From a cyanobacterium endosymbiont of Braarudosphaera bigelowii (GTDB lineage: Bacteria; Cyanobacteriota; Cyanobacteriia; Cyanobacteriales; Microcystaceae), in the NCBI RefSeq assembly GCF_020885515.1, contig NZ_AP024987.1:1380001-1412000 (forward strand): a stretch of 32,000 nt of DNA, written 5' to 3'. Of the stretch, positions 9,380 to 19,058 are shown piece after piece; position 1 is the stretch's first letter, and each line of letters starts with the position of its first letter. The translations under genes were made by a program, and so were the position numbers. The notes under the pieces are model-generated. The model searched no databases and was not told the DNA's origin. It saw only the letters and a program-made list of their open reading frames with translations.

Positions 9380-12300
9380 TTATAATTTAATTCCTAAAAC
9401 TTGAGTATGAGCTCCTCTCGCTTGTGTGACACCAATAGTTCTTTGGGATGCTTCAATCATTGGACGACGTAAACTCACAACAATAAATTGAGCCTTCTCT
9501 GTCTGTTTCTGGATCATTTGAGATAGTCTTTCTACATTTGCCCCATCTAAGAACATATCAACTTCATCAAAGGCATAAAATGGTGATGGGCGATATTGTT
9601 GCAAAGAAAAAATAAAACTTAATGCTGTTAATGATTTTTCCCCACCTGACATAGAATTTAAACGCTGTACCGGCTTACCTTTTGGATGTGCTACAAGATT
9701 TAATCCACCTTTAAATGGATCTTTTTCATCGTCTAACTGTAGATATCCATCACCTTGTGACAAAGTAGAGAAAATTTTCTTGAAATTATCATTAACTGCA
9801 TTAAAAGATACTTTAAAAGAACGTAGCCTAACAGTTGTAAAGTTCTCAATTCTTAGTAATAGTTCTGTCCTTTCTTCTTGAATAGTAATTAGTTTATTTG
9901 TAAGCTCACGAAGTCTTTTCTGAACTTTTTCATATTCTTCTAATGCCAGCATATTAACAGGTTCCATTGATTCTAAGTATTTTTGCTTTTTATAGATTTC
10001 TTTCTGCAATTTATCAGTATGAGAAGATAAACTTTCTAAGCTTTCGTTTAATTCGGATAATAAAGGTATTTCTGGGAATGGAACTGGTAGCTTCAATTTA
10101 GCTATTTCTTCTTCTTTCTCAAGAATAGATAGTGCTTCTTCTCTTTCCTTTTGCCTAGTTTCTAATTTTTCTAATGTCCATACATGGGATTGATATTCTT
10201 TTTCAAGAATTTTAACCTTCTCTTCTAAACAGTCACGTTTTGTTTTTGTATCGTCTAATGTTTGAGTTAATTTTTCTAATGAAACTTCTAAATTTTCAAC
10301 TTCGATATCAAACTTCTGAAGTTTATTTTCAATATCTACTTGTTGATTGTTTATATTAACAGTATGCTGCTCGCTCAATTTTATTTTTAATTCATCCTCA
10401 TGAATTTTATGCTCTATACTAGTTATCTGATTTCTAATTTTTTGAAACTTTTCTTCTCCTTGGTGTAGTTCTATCTCTCGGTCTTGTAAATGATTTTCTT
10501 GATCTTTTATTAAAATTTGAACCTCTTTCCATTCACTATGGGAATGAGATTTCTCTATATTTTTAAGTTGTTTGTGTTTTTCTAATAATTCTATTTCTAA
10601 TACGGAACTTATCTTATGAATATCTGTAAGTTCATTCTTTAAAGTTTTTATTTCTTGTTGATGATCAGATATTTTAAACTCTAAATCTTTTTTATAATTT
10701 TTGAGTCTTTCTATTTCGTTTCTAACTTGTTGATATTTTAATTGTTGTTCTCTACTCAATTGCTCTGTTTTTATTAATTTATCAGATAAGTCTTTTATTT
10801 GTTTTATCTTAATTTGTATGTTTTCTTCGTTTCTAAGTACAAGATTTTCTATATCTACTAGTCTTTGTCTAAATATTTTAATTTCTTCTGGTTCTCCTTG
10901 ATTTAAAACTCCAAAACGTATGGAAGATCTTTGAGGTTTACTTCCACCTGTCATAGCTCCACTAACCTCTAATAAATCTCCATCTAAAGTAACAATACGC
11001 TGCTTGCCTAAATATTTCTTAGCATAGTCTATAGTCTCAAAAACAGCTGTATTGTTAAAAATATATGAAAAAACTTTTTTATATGCTGGATTACATATTA
11101 CTAAATCAACTGCCAAGCCAATAAAACCAGGAGCATTTTTTAGATAATAATTACTTTGCTTTGAATAGAATCTAATTTTAGTTAATGGTAAAAAAGTCGC
11201 TCTTCCAGCTTTTGCTTGCTTTAATATATTAATTCCAGCAATTGCAATAGTATTATCTTCAACTACAATATGTCCTAAACGTGAACCTGCTGCAATTTCT
11301 AATGCTAATTGGTGATGTGGAGCAACTTGTCCTAACTCAGCTACCAAACCACATACACCAGATAAATCTGAATTTAAAATAAATTGAGAAGCATAAGTTC
11401 CTTGAATTTCCTGTTTTGCTTGTCTAGATGCTTCTAAACGATCTAGATGTCTCTGCTTGTCTCTATATTCTTTATTTAACTGTAACTGAGTTTCTTTTAT
11501 AATACTGTAATCTTGCTTTTCTATATCTAATGTTTTAGAAATGATTTGTACCTCTTCTATATAAGAAATTGATAATTTCTCTAACTCCTTATTTTGAAGG
11601 TATATATCTTTTTCATATTTTCTTAATTGTTCCTCTTCTTTATTTAAAATACTCGATACTTGCTGATAACGTTCAGTTAATTTTGCTTTCTGTTCTAGTT
11701 GAGGATTTAATTTATTTTGTAAAGAAGATGTTTCTATACTCAGATTTGCTTGTTCTCTTATCCAGGAATCAGATGTTTCTGCAATTATTGCAGCTTGTTT
11801 TCTTACCATTTGTAGAGTTTGATAACTTCTTAATTTTTGTTCTTTAAGTAAAGGTAAGAGTTCTTGCTGCAATTTATTGCTATTTTGACTTAGTCCATCT
11901 AGTTCTTCTTTTTTTTGAAGAATAGTTGTTGTTATTTTATTTTTTTCTCGCTTAATTTTCTCGATTATACAAAAAAATTCTTTCTTTTGTTGCTGTAATT
12001 GGTTAACTTGTGCTTTTTTTGTACTAAGCTTAGAAGCAATAGTTAATCGTTCATCTTCTCCTAAAGCTTTAACCTGAAGGTTCAAGTTTTCAAGATCAAT
12101 ATTTATCTTGCTTAATCTAGTTTTTAAGTATAGGCTATTGTTAATCAGCTTATTTTCTGTTTCCTCATCATTTAATTTTTGTATTTTAATATTAGAAATT
12201 TTCTTTAATAAAGATTTCCATAATAAAACCATTTCCCATTCTTTCTTTTTAGAAATTTCTTGTTTAAGTTTTTGATATTTTTCAGCTTTTGTCCTATCAG

Positions 12301-12970
12301 CTGTCAAACGTTCCAATGAGTTCTCTAGTTCTATTTGTATAATCTTACAACGTTCTTCTCTATCCTTAACTTCTTCTAAAGTTTCTTTGGTTTTATTAAT
12401 TTTACGATCGAATTCTGCCACTCCAGCAAGTTCATCAATAATAACTCTTCTTTCTTTAGAGTTCATACTGATGATACTAGTAACATCTCCTTGAAGAACG
12501 ACATTATAACCTTCAGGATAAATACGAAAGCGATTTAATTCCTCATGAAGCTCATTAACATTACAAGGTCTTTCATTTATATAATAATTAGAAGAATAAC
12601 TTCCTCCTTTCGTAACACGTAGACGCCTTGTTACTTTCCACTCATTTTTATGAACTAGACTGTCTTGTTGTTGTGTTATATCTAGTAATTTTTCTGAATT
12701 AAAATAATCTGAAATATCGAATGTAACAGAAACATAAGCTTCTTGATTACTGCGATTATTAGTACTAATATTAATTAAATCTGGCAATCTTTCGGCTCTT
12801 AATCCTTTAGAAGTAGCCAAACCAAGACAAAATAATAATGCATCCAATATATTAGATTTGCCTGAACCGTTGGGACCAGACACTACAGTAAATCCGGGTA
12901 AAAATGGAATAGATGTAGTTCTGCCAAAAGATTTAAAATTAGATAGTTCAATGCGCTTAATATGAACCAT
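9380..12970 (-). CDS. smc: Chromosome segregation protein SMC
   Basis: Walker A GPNGSGKSN, hinge with GLVAELGQVAPHHQLALEIAAGSRLGHIVVED, coiled coils, signature LNSMSGGEKSLTALSFIFSLQQYRPSPFYAFDEVDMFLD. Start set at internal MVHIKRIEL rather than the ORF-track start at 12991. Confidence 0.96.
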   Translation of the reverse strand: MVHIKRIELSNFKSFGRTTSIPFLPGFTVVSGPNGSGKSNILDALLFCLGLATSKGLRAERLPDLINISTNNRSNQEAYVSVTFDISDYFNSEKLLDITQQQDSLVHKNEWKVTRRLRVTKGGSYSSNYYINERPCNVNELHEELNRFRIYPEGYNVVLQGDVTSIISMNSKERRVIIDELAGVAEFDRKINKTKETLEEVKDREERCKIIQIELENSLERLTADRTKAEKYQKLKQEISKKKEWEMVLLWKSLLKKISNIKIQKLNDEETENKLINNSLYLKTRLSKINIDLENLNLQVKALGEDERLTIASKLSTKKAQVNQLQQQKKEFFCIIEKIKREKNKITTTILQKKEELDGLSQNSNKLQQELLPLLKEQKLRSYQTLQMVRKQAAIIAETSDSWIREQANLSIETSSLQNKLNPQLEQKAKLTERYQQVSSILNKEEEQLRKYEKDIYLQNKELEKLSISYIEEVQIISKTLDIEKQDYSIIKETQLQLNKEYRDKQRHLDRLEASRQAKQEIQGTYASQFILNSDLSGVCGLVAELGQVAPHHQLALEIAAGSRLGHIVVEDNTIAIAGINILKQAKAGRATFLPLTKIRFYSKQSNYYLKNAPGFIGLAVDLVICNPAYKKVFSYIFNNTAVFETIDYAKKYLGKQRIVTLDGDLLEVSGAMTGGSKPQRSSIRFGVLNQGEPEEIKIFRQRLVDIENLVLRNEENIQIKIKQIKDLSDKLIKTEQLSREQQLKYQQVRNEIERLKNYKKDLEFKISDHQQEIKTLKNELTDIHKISSVLEIELLEKHKQLKNIEKSHSHSEWKEVQILIKDQENHLQDREIELHQGEEKFQKIRNQITSIEHKIHEDELKIKLSEQHTVNINNQQVDIENKLQKFDIEVENLEVSLEKLTQTLDDTKTKRDCLEEKVKILEKEYQSHVWTLEKLETRQKEREEALSILEKEEEIAKLKLPVPFPEIPLLSELNESLESLSSHTDKLQKEIYKKQKYLESMEPVNMLALEEYEKVQKRLRELTNKLITIQEERTELLLRIENFTTVRLRSFKVSFNAVNDNFKKIFSTLSQGDGYLQLDDEKDPFKGGLNLVAHPKGKPVQRLNSMSGGEKSLTALSFIFSLQQYRPSPFYAFDEVDMFLDGANVERLSQMIQKQTEKAQFIVVSLRRPMIEASQRTIGVTQARGAHTQVLGIKL

Positions 12971-13261
12971 GGCGCGATAATAGTAATGCAATCGAGAAGT
13001 TTAACAAACAATTTAGGTATAGTCTTGTATACCTAGATTTAAAAGACTCTTCCAAATATGTATAGGTTTCCAATAACCAATAAAAATTGAAAGAACTTTT
13101 AAATGATATTCATAAGCTTTTCTGAAAGCTGGTATTAAACATAGTCTATATAGATGATCTTTAGAATCATTTAGTTTCATATCACGAAGTTCATGATTAT
13201 TTTATAAATCACTAAAAATATAATATTTTAAGTTGTTATATTTGTTTGTATTAAAAATGCA

Positions 13262-14197
13262 TCAATTTTCCATTATTTTTATACCATTATTTGACAATTT
13301 ACTTATAAATAATTCTAGATTAGAATCTTGAAGTTCTTGTGTAATAACATTTTTTATATCTTGAGCTTTTTCGTAGGATTCACATAATGTAAATATAGTA
13401 GGTCCTGAGCCTGACATCATAGTACCTAAACCACCCGTTTTACTGATGAAAGATTTTAATTTATTAATTACCAAATGTTTTGGTAAAACAACTTTTTCTA
13501 AATCATTATGCAATAGTTCTCCAATTCTCTTATCATTTTTGTGACTAATAGCATTGACAAGAGATTTAAAATTATTATTTCTATTGTTACTATCAATTTT
13601 CCAATAATATTCACCGAATCGTTTCTTATAGTTTTGATAAGCCCAAGGAGTGGAAATAGAAAAATTTTGATACTTCGCTAGCACTACCCAAAGATTATCT
13701 AAATTCTCTATTGGGTTTAATGTTTCACCCCTTCCTGTAGCGATCGCAGTTCCTCCAGTGATACAAAATGGAACATCAGATCCTAAATTTTCTGACAGTT
13801 TCTCTAATTCGGTTTTATTTAATTTTAATTTCCACAGTAAATTTAATGCTAGTAAAACTGCGGCTCCATCAGTTGATCCTCCTGCCAGACCAGCAGCTAC
13901 AGGTATACACTTATTGATAATAATATCAACGCCTCCATAACTATCAAAAAATTTGGGGAATTTTTTGACAATTAGTTGAGCAGCACGATAAGCAATATTT
14001 GTTTCGTTTAGAGGAACTAAAGAATTATTGCAATATAAATTGAAGTCTCGAGTTCCATTAAAATATATTTTTATGTAATCACTTAATTCAATGCTTTGTA
14101 AAACCATTATTAACTCATGATAGTGATCAACTCGTTCGCCAAGAACTTCTAAGTACAAGTTAATTTTAGCTGGGGCAACTAAGTTACAAATTTTCAT
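13262..14197 (-). CDS. ispE: 4-diphosphocytidyl-2-C-methyl-D-erythritol kinase
   Basis: 311 aa; APAKINLYLEVLGERVDHYHEL, IPVAAGLAGGSTDGAAVLLALN, GTMMSGSGPTIF. Confidence 0.95.
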   Translation of the reverse strand: MKICNLVAPAKINLYLEVLGERVDHYHELIMVLQSIELSDYIKIYFNGTRDFNLYCNNSLVPLNETNIAYRAAQLIVKKFPKFFDSYGGVDIIINKCIPVAAGLAGGSTDGAAVLLALNLLWKLKLNKTELEKLSENLGSDVPFCITGGTAIATGRGETLNPIENLDNLWVVLAKYQNFSISTPWAYQNYKKRFGEYYWKIDSNNRNNNFKSLVNAISHKNDKRIGELLHNDLEKVVLPKHLVINKLKSFISKTGGLGTMMSGSGPTIFTLCESYEKAQDIKNVITQELQDSNLELFISKLSNNGIKIMEN

Positions 14198-14322
14198 TTT
14201 ATTTGCCTATAAATCATTTCTAACATGATAATACTAATAAAATTTATAAATAATAGTTTTTTGTACTAATTATATTTTTGCAATAAATATAGTAAAAATA
14301 CTTTTCTACTTTTATTTCATGA

Positions 14323-14730
14323 TTAGTTGAGTCTCTCCAATTCAATGATGTAAAATTCTCCGATATCCTGATCATCAATAAGAATAGGCTGATATATGAT
14401 TTCTCCCTTTATTTTTACCAATTCTCCTATTTTAGGCATTTCGTTAAAAGTCTTTAATACCCATATTGTTCCAGTTTTATCTTGAAGTTGATAAGAACCA
14501 CTATTAAAAAAAAGAACAGAATCCAGAACTTTTCCTTTAAGATAAACTGTTTGAGAAGTTAAATCATTAGTATCAGTAGTAATCAATTTTTGATTAAAAA
14601 GTTTTTGAATGGGAGTAGTTGTAGACTGAAAAAAATCAAAGTAGTCTAAAGTGGTATATCTAATTATTACTCCTGCTATAATCACAGATAGAGTGATAAT
14701 TTTAACTTTTCTGATATGTGAAATTTTCAT
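14323..14730 (-). CDS. OB-fold-like hypothetical protein with N-terminal TM segment
   Basis: 135 aa; KGKVLDSVLFFNSGSYQLQDKTGTIWVLKT...GELVKIKGEI resembles an OB-fold. Confidence 0.65.
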   Translation of the reverse strand: MKISHIRKVKIITLSVIIAGVIIRYTTLDYFDFFQSTTTPIQKLFNQKLITTDTNDLTSQTVYLKGKVLDSVLFFNSGSYQLQDKTGTIWVLKTFNEMPKIGELVKIKGEIIYQPILIDDQDIGEFYIIELERLN

Positions 14731-15094
14731 AAAATGACAAGATTTTTTGAGTTTAATTGATCATTTAAAATATTTTGCTTAGAAGATAGGACATAATAGA
14801 ATATTTCTGTATTTCAATACAGTTTATATGTTTCTAAAACTTATTATTATGTTGAACTTAACGTTCTTTTTTAGATTAATAGTCAACTTATATATAAATT
14901 TTAAAATTAAACTTATACTATTTAATTCACTAATGTTGTTTAACTAATATTTATCAAGATTGACTAATAATTATTAGTATTTAAAAAGTTAAAGAAAAAA
15001 ATTAAAATTTCAGTGTAGTCACAGCTTTAGTTTCATATTTTTCTTAAAAGAGTTATCATCATTCTTAGATATTTGTGAGGATAAACTTAAGTTG

Positions 15095-16393
15095 ATGGGT
15101 ACAATAAGCACATTACCAGGAACGCGAGATATTTTGCCAGAGGAAATTGGTTATTGGCAATATGTAGAAGCTGCAACAGCAAAAATTCTTGGTCGTGCGA
15201 TGTACTATGAGATTCGTTCCCCAATATTTGAGAATACTTCCTTATTTGAAAGAGGAATAGGAGAGGCCACAGATGTCGTAAGTAAAGAAATGTATACTTT
15301 TTCCGATCGAAGTGATCGATCAATCACACTTCGACCTGAAGGAACGGCAGGAATTGTACGTGCTTATCTACAAAACAATTTATATGCTTTAGGTGGAGTT
15401 CAACGTCTTTGGTATTCTGGCCCCATGTTTCGCTATGAGAGACCACAAGCTGGACGCCAAAGACAGTTCCATCAAATTGGGTTAGAGTTAATAGGTTCAA
15501 GAGGCCCAAGAGCAGACGTAGAGGTTATTGCTTTAGCAACAGATATCTTAAAATTTTTAGGACTAAAAAAACTAAAATTAAATATTAATTCTATAGGCGA
15601 CCAATATGATAGGAAACTCTACCGAGAAGCATTAACTAATTACTTTTTATCTTATAAAGACGAATTAGATATTGACTCTCAAAATCGTCTAAGCAAGAAT
15701 CCCTTACGTATTTTAGATAGCAAAAACGAAAAAACTAAAGAAATCAATAAGAACGCTCCTAATATTTTAAATTTTCTTGGAAAAGAATCCCAAAAACATT
15801 TTGATGAAGTTCAGCAATTATTAACAGATTTGGATATTGATTATCATATAAACCCATGTCTTGTTAGAGGCTTAGATTACTATACACATACTGCGTTTGA
15901 AATTCAGTCTGACAATTTAGGATCTCAATCTACAGTATGTGGAGGTGGACGATATGATCATTTAATCGAAGAGCTTGGTGGAACTTCAACTCCTGCAGTA
16001 GGGTGGGCCATAGGAGTAGAAAGATTAATTATTTTACTTAAACAAATTAGATGCTCTCCTGAGCATACCCCAGATATTTATATCGTTTCAAAAGGTCAAA
16101 AAGCAGAATCAATTGGATTATATCTAGCCCAAAGAATGCGTTCTGCAGAATTAGTTGTTGAGTTAGACATGAGTGGAAGTAACTTTGGAAAACAATTTAA
16201 GAGAGCAGATCGTAGCAAAGCATATGTTTGTATAGTTATTGGCGAAGAGGAAGCTAAGAATAGTACCCTACAGCTGAAATGGTTATATACGAAGGAACAA
16301 AGTTCTATGACTCAGTCAGATTTTTTACACTACATTGAAGAGTTGAAAAAACAAATAAATCAATATAAAAAAGTAACATCAGGACTAACTTAA
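15095..16393 (+). CDS. hisS: Histidyl-tRNA synthetase
   Basis: STLPGTRDILPEE, motif 2 GPMFRYERPQAGRQRQFHQIGLELIG, LVRGLDYYTHTAFEI. The track start 15092 is TTG; an ATG follows at 15095. Confidence 0.96.
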   Translation: MGTISTLPGTRDILPEEIGYWQYVEAATAKILGRAMYYEIRSPIFENTSLFERGIGEATDVVSKEMYTFSDRSDRSITLRPEGTAGIVRAYLQNNLYALGGVQRLWYSGPMFRYERPQAGRQRQFHQIGLELIGSRGPRADVEVIALATDILKFLGLKKLKLNINSIGDQYDRKLYREALTNYFLSYKDELDIDSQNRLSKNPLRILDSKNEKTKEINKNAPNILNFLGKESQKHFDEVQQLLTDLDIDYHINPCLVRGLDYYTHTAFEIQSDNLGSQSTVCGGGRYDHLIEELGGTSTPAVGWAIGVERLIILLKQIRCSPEHTPDIYIVSKGQKAESIGLYLAQRMRSAELVVELDMSGSNFGKQFKRADRSKAYVCIVIGEEEAKNSTLQLKWLYTKEQSSMTQSDFLHYIEELKKQINQYKKVTSGLT

Positions 16394-16498
16394 AAAATAA
16401 ATTAGTCAGTGAGGAATGTTCTTCTTGTATTTTTTACGAGGTACTTGGAAAGTTTCTCCTATTTTAGTTTGTTTTAACTATAATATTTTCATTATGAT

Positions 16499-16582
16499 AT
16501 GTAATGTAAATATCCAATTAAATAGAACATATGAAAAATAAATGAAACATATGCTCTATTTAATTGGATATTGATATTACAT
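16499..16582. repeat. Large inverted repeat, 35-nt arms, 14-nt loop, between convergent hisS and the SxtK-like gene
   Basis: atgtaatgtaaatatccaattaaatagaacatatg (16499-16533) versus catatgctctatttaattggatattgatattacat (16548-16582); 32/35 positions complementary. Confidence 0.85.
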
Positions 16583-16626
16583 TGGCAATATATAGAACTT
16601 AGAAAAATGTAATAGACAATTGCTTC

Positions 16627-16788
16627 TTAGAACAGAGTGTAAATGAAAGGTGCTATTACCGAACCTTGGGTAAATACAATTAGTGCTCCCAATACCACTA
16701 AGGTTATTATTAAAGGAGCTAACCAAAACTTTTTGCGTTCATTAAGAAAGCCCCAAATATCTTTAATAAATTCAAAAAAATCATTCAT
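16627..16788 (-). CDS. DUF5989 / SxtK-like small membrane protein
   Basis: Manual translation of the minus strand: MNDFFEFIKDIWGFLNERKKFWLAPLIITLVVLGALIVFTQGSVIAPFIYTLF* (53 aa). Start overlaps the SxtJ stop by one base (TAATG). Missing from the ORF track because it is under 60 aa. Confidence 0.85.
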   Translation of the reverse strand: MNDFFEFIKDIWGFLNERKKFWLAPLIITLVVLGALIVFTQGSVIAPFIYTLF

Positions 16789-17198
16789 TAGTAGGGCTTC
16801 TCCATACTTACTTTGTTTTTAGGTGTACTAAAAACACGATAACTTTCCGCATCAAATTCAAATTTTCTTTTCATTACATCATATTTAATAATCTTCATAA
16901 AAAATCCCATCGGGGTTACTAACACAAAAAAAATAATTCCTAAAATTAATCTACTGTTGATCCATGAAGCTACTTTTGCAAACAGCATCCACCCTTCATA
17001 AATTGGTGCAAGAAGATTGGGAGAAACAATGGAGAAAATAAGAAAAATGCCGCCAATTATCCAGAAAACTATAGGATAAGAATATCCCAGTAATATAGGA
17101 ATAAAAGAGCCAAAAAATAGGATAAAAAATATTCCCATTAATATTCCGAAAGATATTAACTTTTTATTGTTTGTTTTTTGAGACATGTGATAAAACAT
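16788..17198 (-). CDS. SxtJ-family membrane protein
   Basis: 136 aa with TM segments; located between the carbamoyltransferase and the DUF5989-like gene, the typical context of this family. The start may be the internal MSQKTNNKK (17186). Confidence 0.8.
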   Translation of the reverse strand: MFYHMSQKTNNKKLISFGILMGIFFILFFGSFIPILLGYSYPIVFWIIGGIFLIFSIVSPNLLAPIYEGWMLFAKVASWINSRLILGIIFFVLVTPMGFFMKIIKYDVMKRKFEFDAESYRVFSTPKNKVSMEKPY

Positions 17199-17216
17199 AC
17201 TTCCATTGTTTAATAA

Positions 17217-19058
17217 TTAATCTAATTCAAACTCATTTTGCCAAGATTTATCATGCTTCCATTGATTCTGATCTACTTTTTTTAGTATATAGTTATTAAT
17301 TATTAAATAGTCCATCTCTGTTCTCATAAAGCATCGATAAGCGTCTTCAGGCGTACAAACAATAGGTTCGCCTCTTACATTAAAAGACGTATTAATTAAA
17401 ACTCCACATCCCGTTAAAGCTTCAAACTGTTTAATTAAATTGTAGTATCTATAATTATTTGTAGGATTAACTGTTTGTACTCTTGCTGAGTAATCAACAT
17501 GAGTAACTGCAGGAATAGTTGATCGAATAGCTTTTAATTTATCTATGCCAAACAAGTTTTTAGTTTTTTCTTGCTCAGAGATGTGTAATTCTTCTTTAAC
17601 TTTAGCAACTAATAGCATATAGTCACTAGACTCTTCTAATTCAAAGTATTCCGAAGCTTTTTCTGTTAATACAGAAGGTGCAAAAGGACGAAAAGATTCT
17701 CGATATTTAATTTTTAGATTCATAATAGATTGCATATCCCGATTTCGTGGATCACCAAGAATAGAACGATTGCCTAATGCTCGAGGTCCAAACTCCATAC
17801 GTCCTTGAAACCAACCTACAACATATCCTTTAGATAAAATTAATGCTACTTCGGAAAGAAGATCATCATCCTCTGTAAAATAATCATATTTAGCTTTTAT
17901 ATCATCAAAATATTTTCTAATTTCATTGTCATCAAATTGAGGGCCTAAATAAGAGCCTTGCATCATGTCAGATGTACCTGTGTGACGTCGGTTACCAAGG
18001 TATTGATACCAAACTGCCAATGCAGCACCAATAGCGCCACCAGCGTCTCCAGCTGCAGGTTGTATCCAAATATTTTTGAATTTTCCTTCTCTAGATATTC
18101 TTCCATTCGCAACACAATTTAAAGCAACTCCACCTGCTAAACAAAGGTTTTCTGTCTTTAGTTCCTGATAGGCTGTATTAGCTAATCTTAAAATTACTTC
18201 TTCAGTGACTTTTTGAATAGAAGCAGCAATATCCATTTCGTGTTGCGTAATTTTATTTTCTGCTTTACGAGGAGGTTGGCCAAAAAGATTAGAAAATTTA
18301 TTACTAATCATTTTTAGTCCCGTTGCATAATTGAAATAACTCATATTTAAACGAAAGCTACCATCTGCTTTTATATCAATTAAGTTATCTAGAATTAAGT
18401 TAAAATATCTTGGCTCTCCATAAGGAGCCAACCCCATTAATTTATACTCTCCAGAATTAACCTTAAACCCAGTGTAGTAAGTAAAAGCAGAATATAATAA
18501 CCCTAGAGAATGAGGAAATTGAAGTTCCCATCTAGGGGTTATTTGATTTGATTTTCCAAGCCATAAAGATGTTGTTGCCCATTCTCCGACAGCATCTAAA
18601 CATAGGATTGCTGCATTCTCAAAGGGACTGGGGAAAAAGGCAGAAGCAACGTGTGATTGATGATGTTCTGTAAATAATAGGGGAGGAAGTTGATTAACTT
18701 TACAATTATCTAGTTTTGCTAATTCTTTTTTAAGAATTGTTTTTAAATAAAGCTTTTCTTTTAGCCATACTGTCATAGCAGAAACGAAAGAATAAAAACC
18801 TTGGGGAGCATATGCTACGTAAGTTTCTAAGAGACGTTCAAAGGTTATTAAAGGCTTCTCATAAAAAACAATATAATCTAATCTTCTTAAAGATAGCTTT
18901 GCCTCCTCTAGCGCATAAGCAATAGCATTTTTAGGAAACCTTGCATCGTGTTTCTTACGAGTAAATCTCTCCTCTTGTGCAGCAGCGATAATATTACCTG
19001 ACTTAACTAAAGCTGCTGCACTATCGTGGTAATAAGCAGAAATTCCTAAAATGTTCAT
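17217..19058 (-). CDS. O-carbamoyltransferase (NodU/CmcH/SxtI family)
   Basis: 613 aa; MNILGISAYYHDSAAALVKSGNIIAAAQEERFTRKKHD, HHQSHVASAFFPSPFENAAILCLDAVGEW, NLCLAGGVALNCVANGRI, GRMEFGPRALGNRSILGDPR, INTSFNVRGEPIV. Confidence 0.95.
   Translation of the reverse strand: MNILGISAYYHDSAAALVKSGNIIAAAQEERFTRKKHDARFPKNAIAYALEEAKLSLRRLDYIVFYEKPLITFERLLETYVAYAPQGFYSFVSAMTVWLKEKLYLKTILKKELAKLDNCKVNQLPPLLFTEHHQSHVASAFFPSPFENAAILCLDAVGEWATTSLWLGKSNQITPRWELQFPHSLGLLYSAFTYYTGFKVNSGEYKLMGLAPYGEPRYFNLILDNLIDIKADGSFRLNMSYFNYATGLKMISNKFSNLFGQPPRKAENKITQHEMDIAASIQKVTEEVILRLANTAYQELKTENLCLAGGVALNCVANGRISREGKFKNIWIQPAAGDAGGAIGAALAVWYQYLGNRRHTGTSDMMQGSYLGPQFDDNEIRKYFDDIKAKYDYFTEDDDLLSEVALILSKGYVVGWFQGRMEFGPRALGNRSILGDPRNRDMQSIMNLKIKYRESFRPFAPSVLTEKASEYFELEESSDYMLLVAKVKEELHISEQEKTKNLFGIDKLKAIRSTIPAVTHVDYSARVQTVNPTNNYRYYNLIKQFEALTGCGVLINTSFNVRGEPIVCTPEDAYRCFMRTEMDYLIINNYILKKVDQNQWKHDKSWQNEFELD

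Noticed and set aside
11569-11847. 92-aa plus-strand ORF within smc
   Set aside because: Antisense to the coiled-coil region of a strongly supported smc; low-complexity hydrophobic translation typical of shadow ORFs.
15087-15509. ORFs 15087-15323 and 15324-15509 antisense to hisS
   Set aside because: Lie opposite unambiguous HisRS catalytic motifs.
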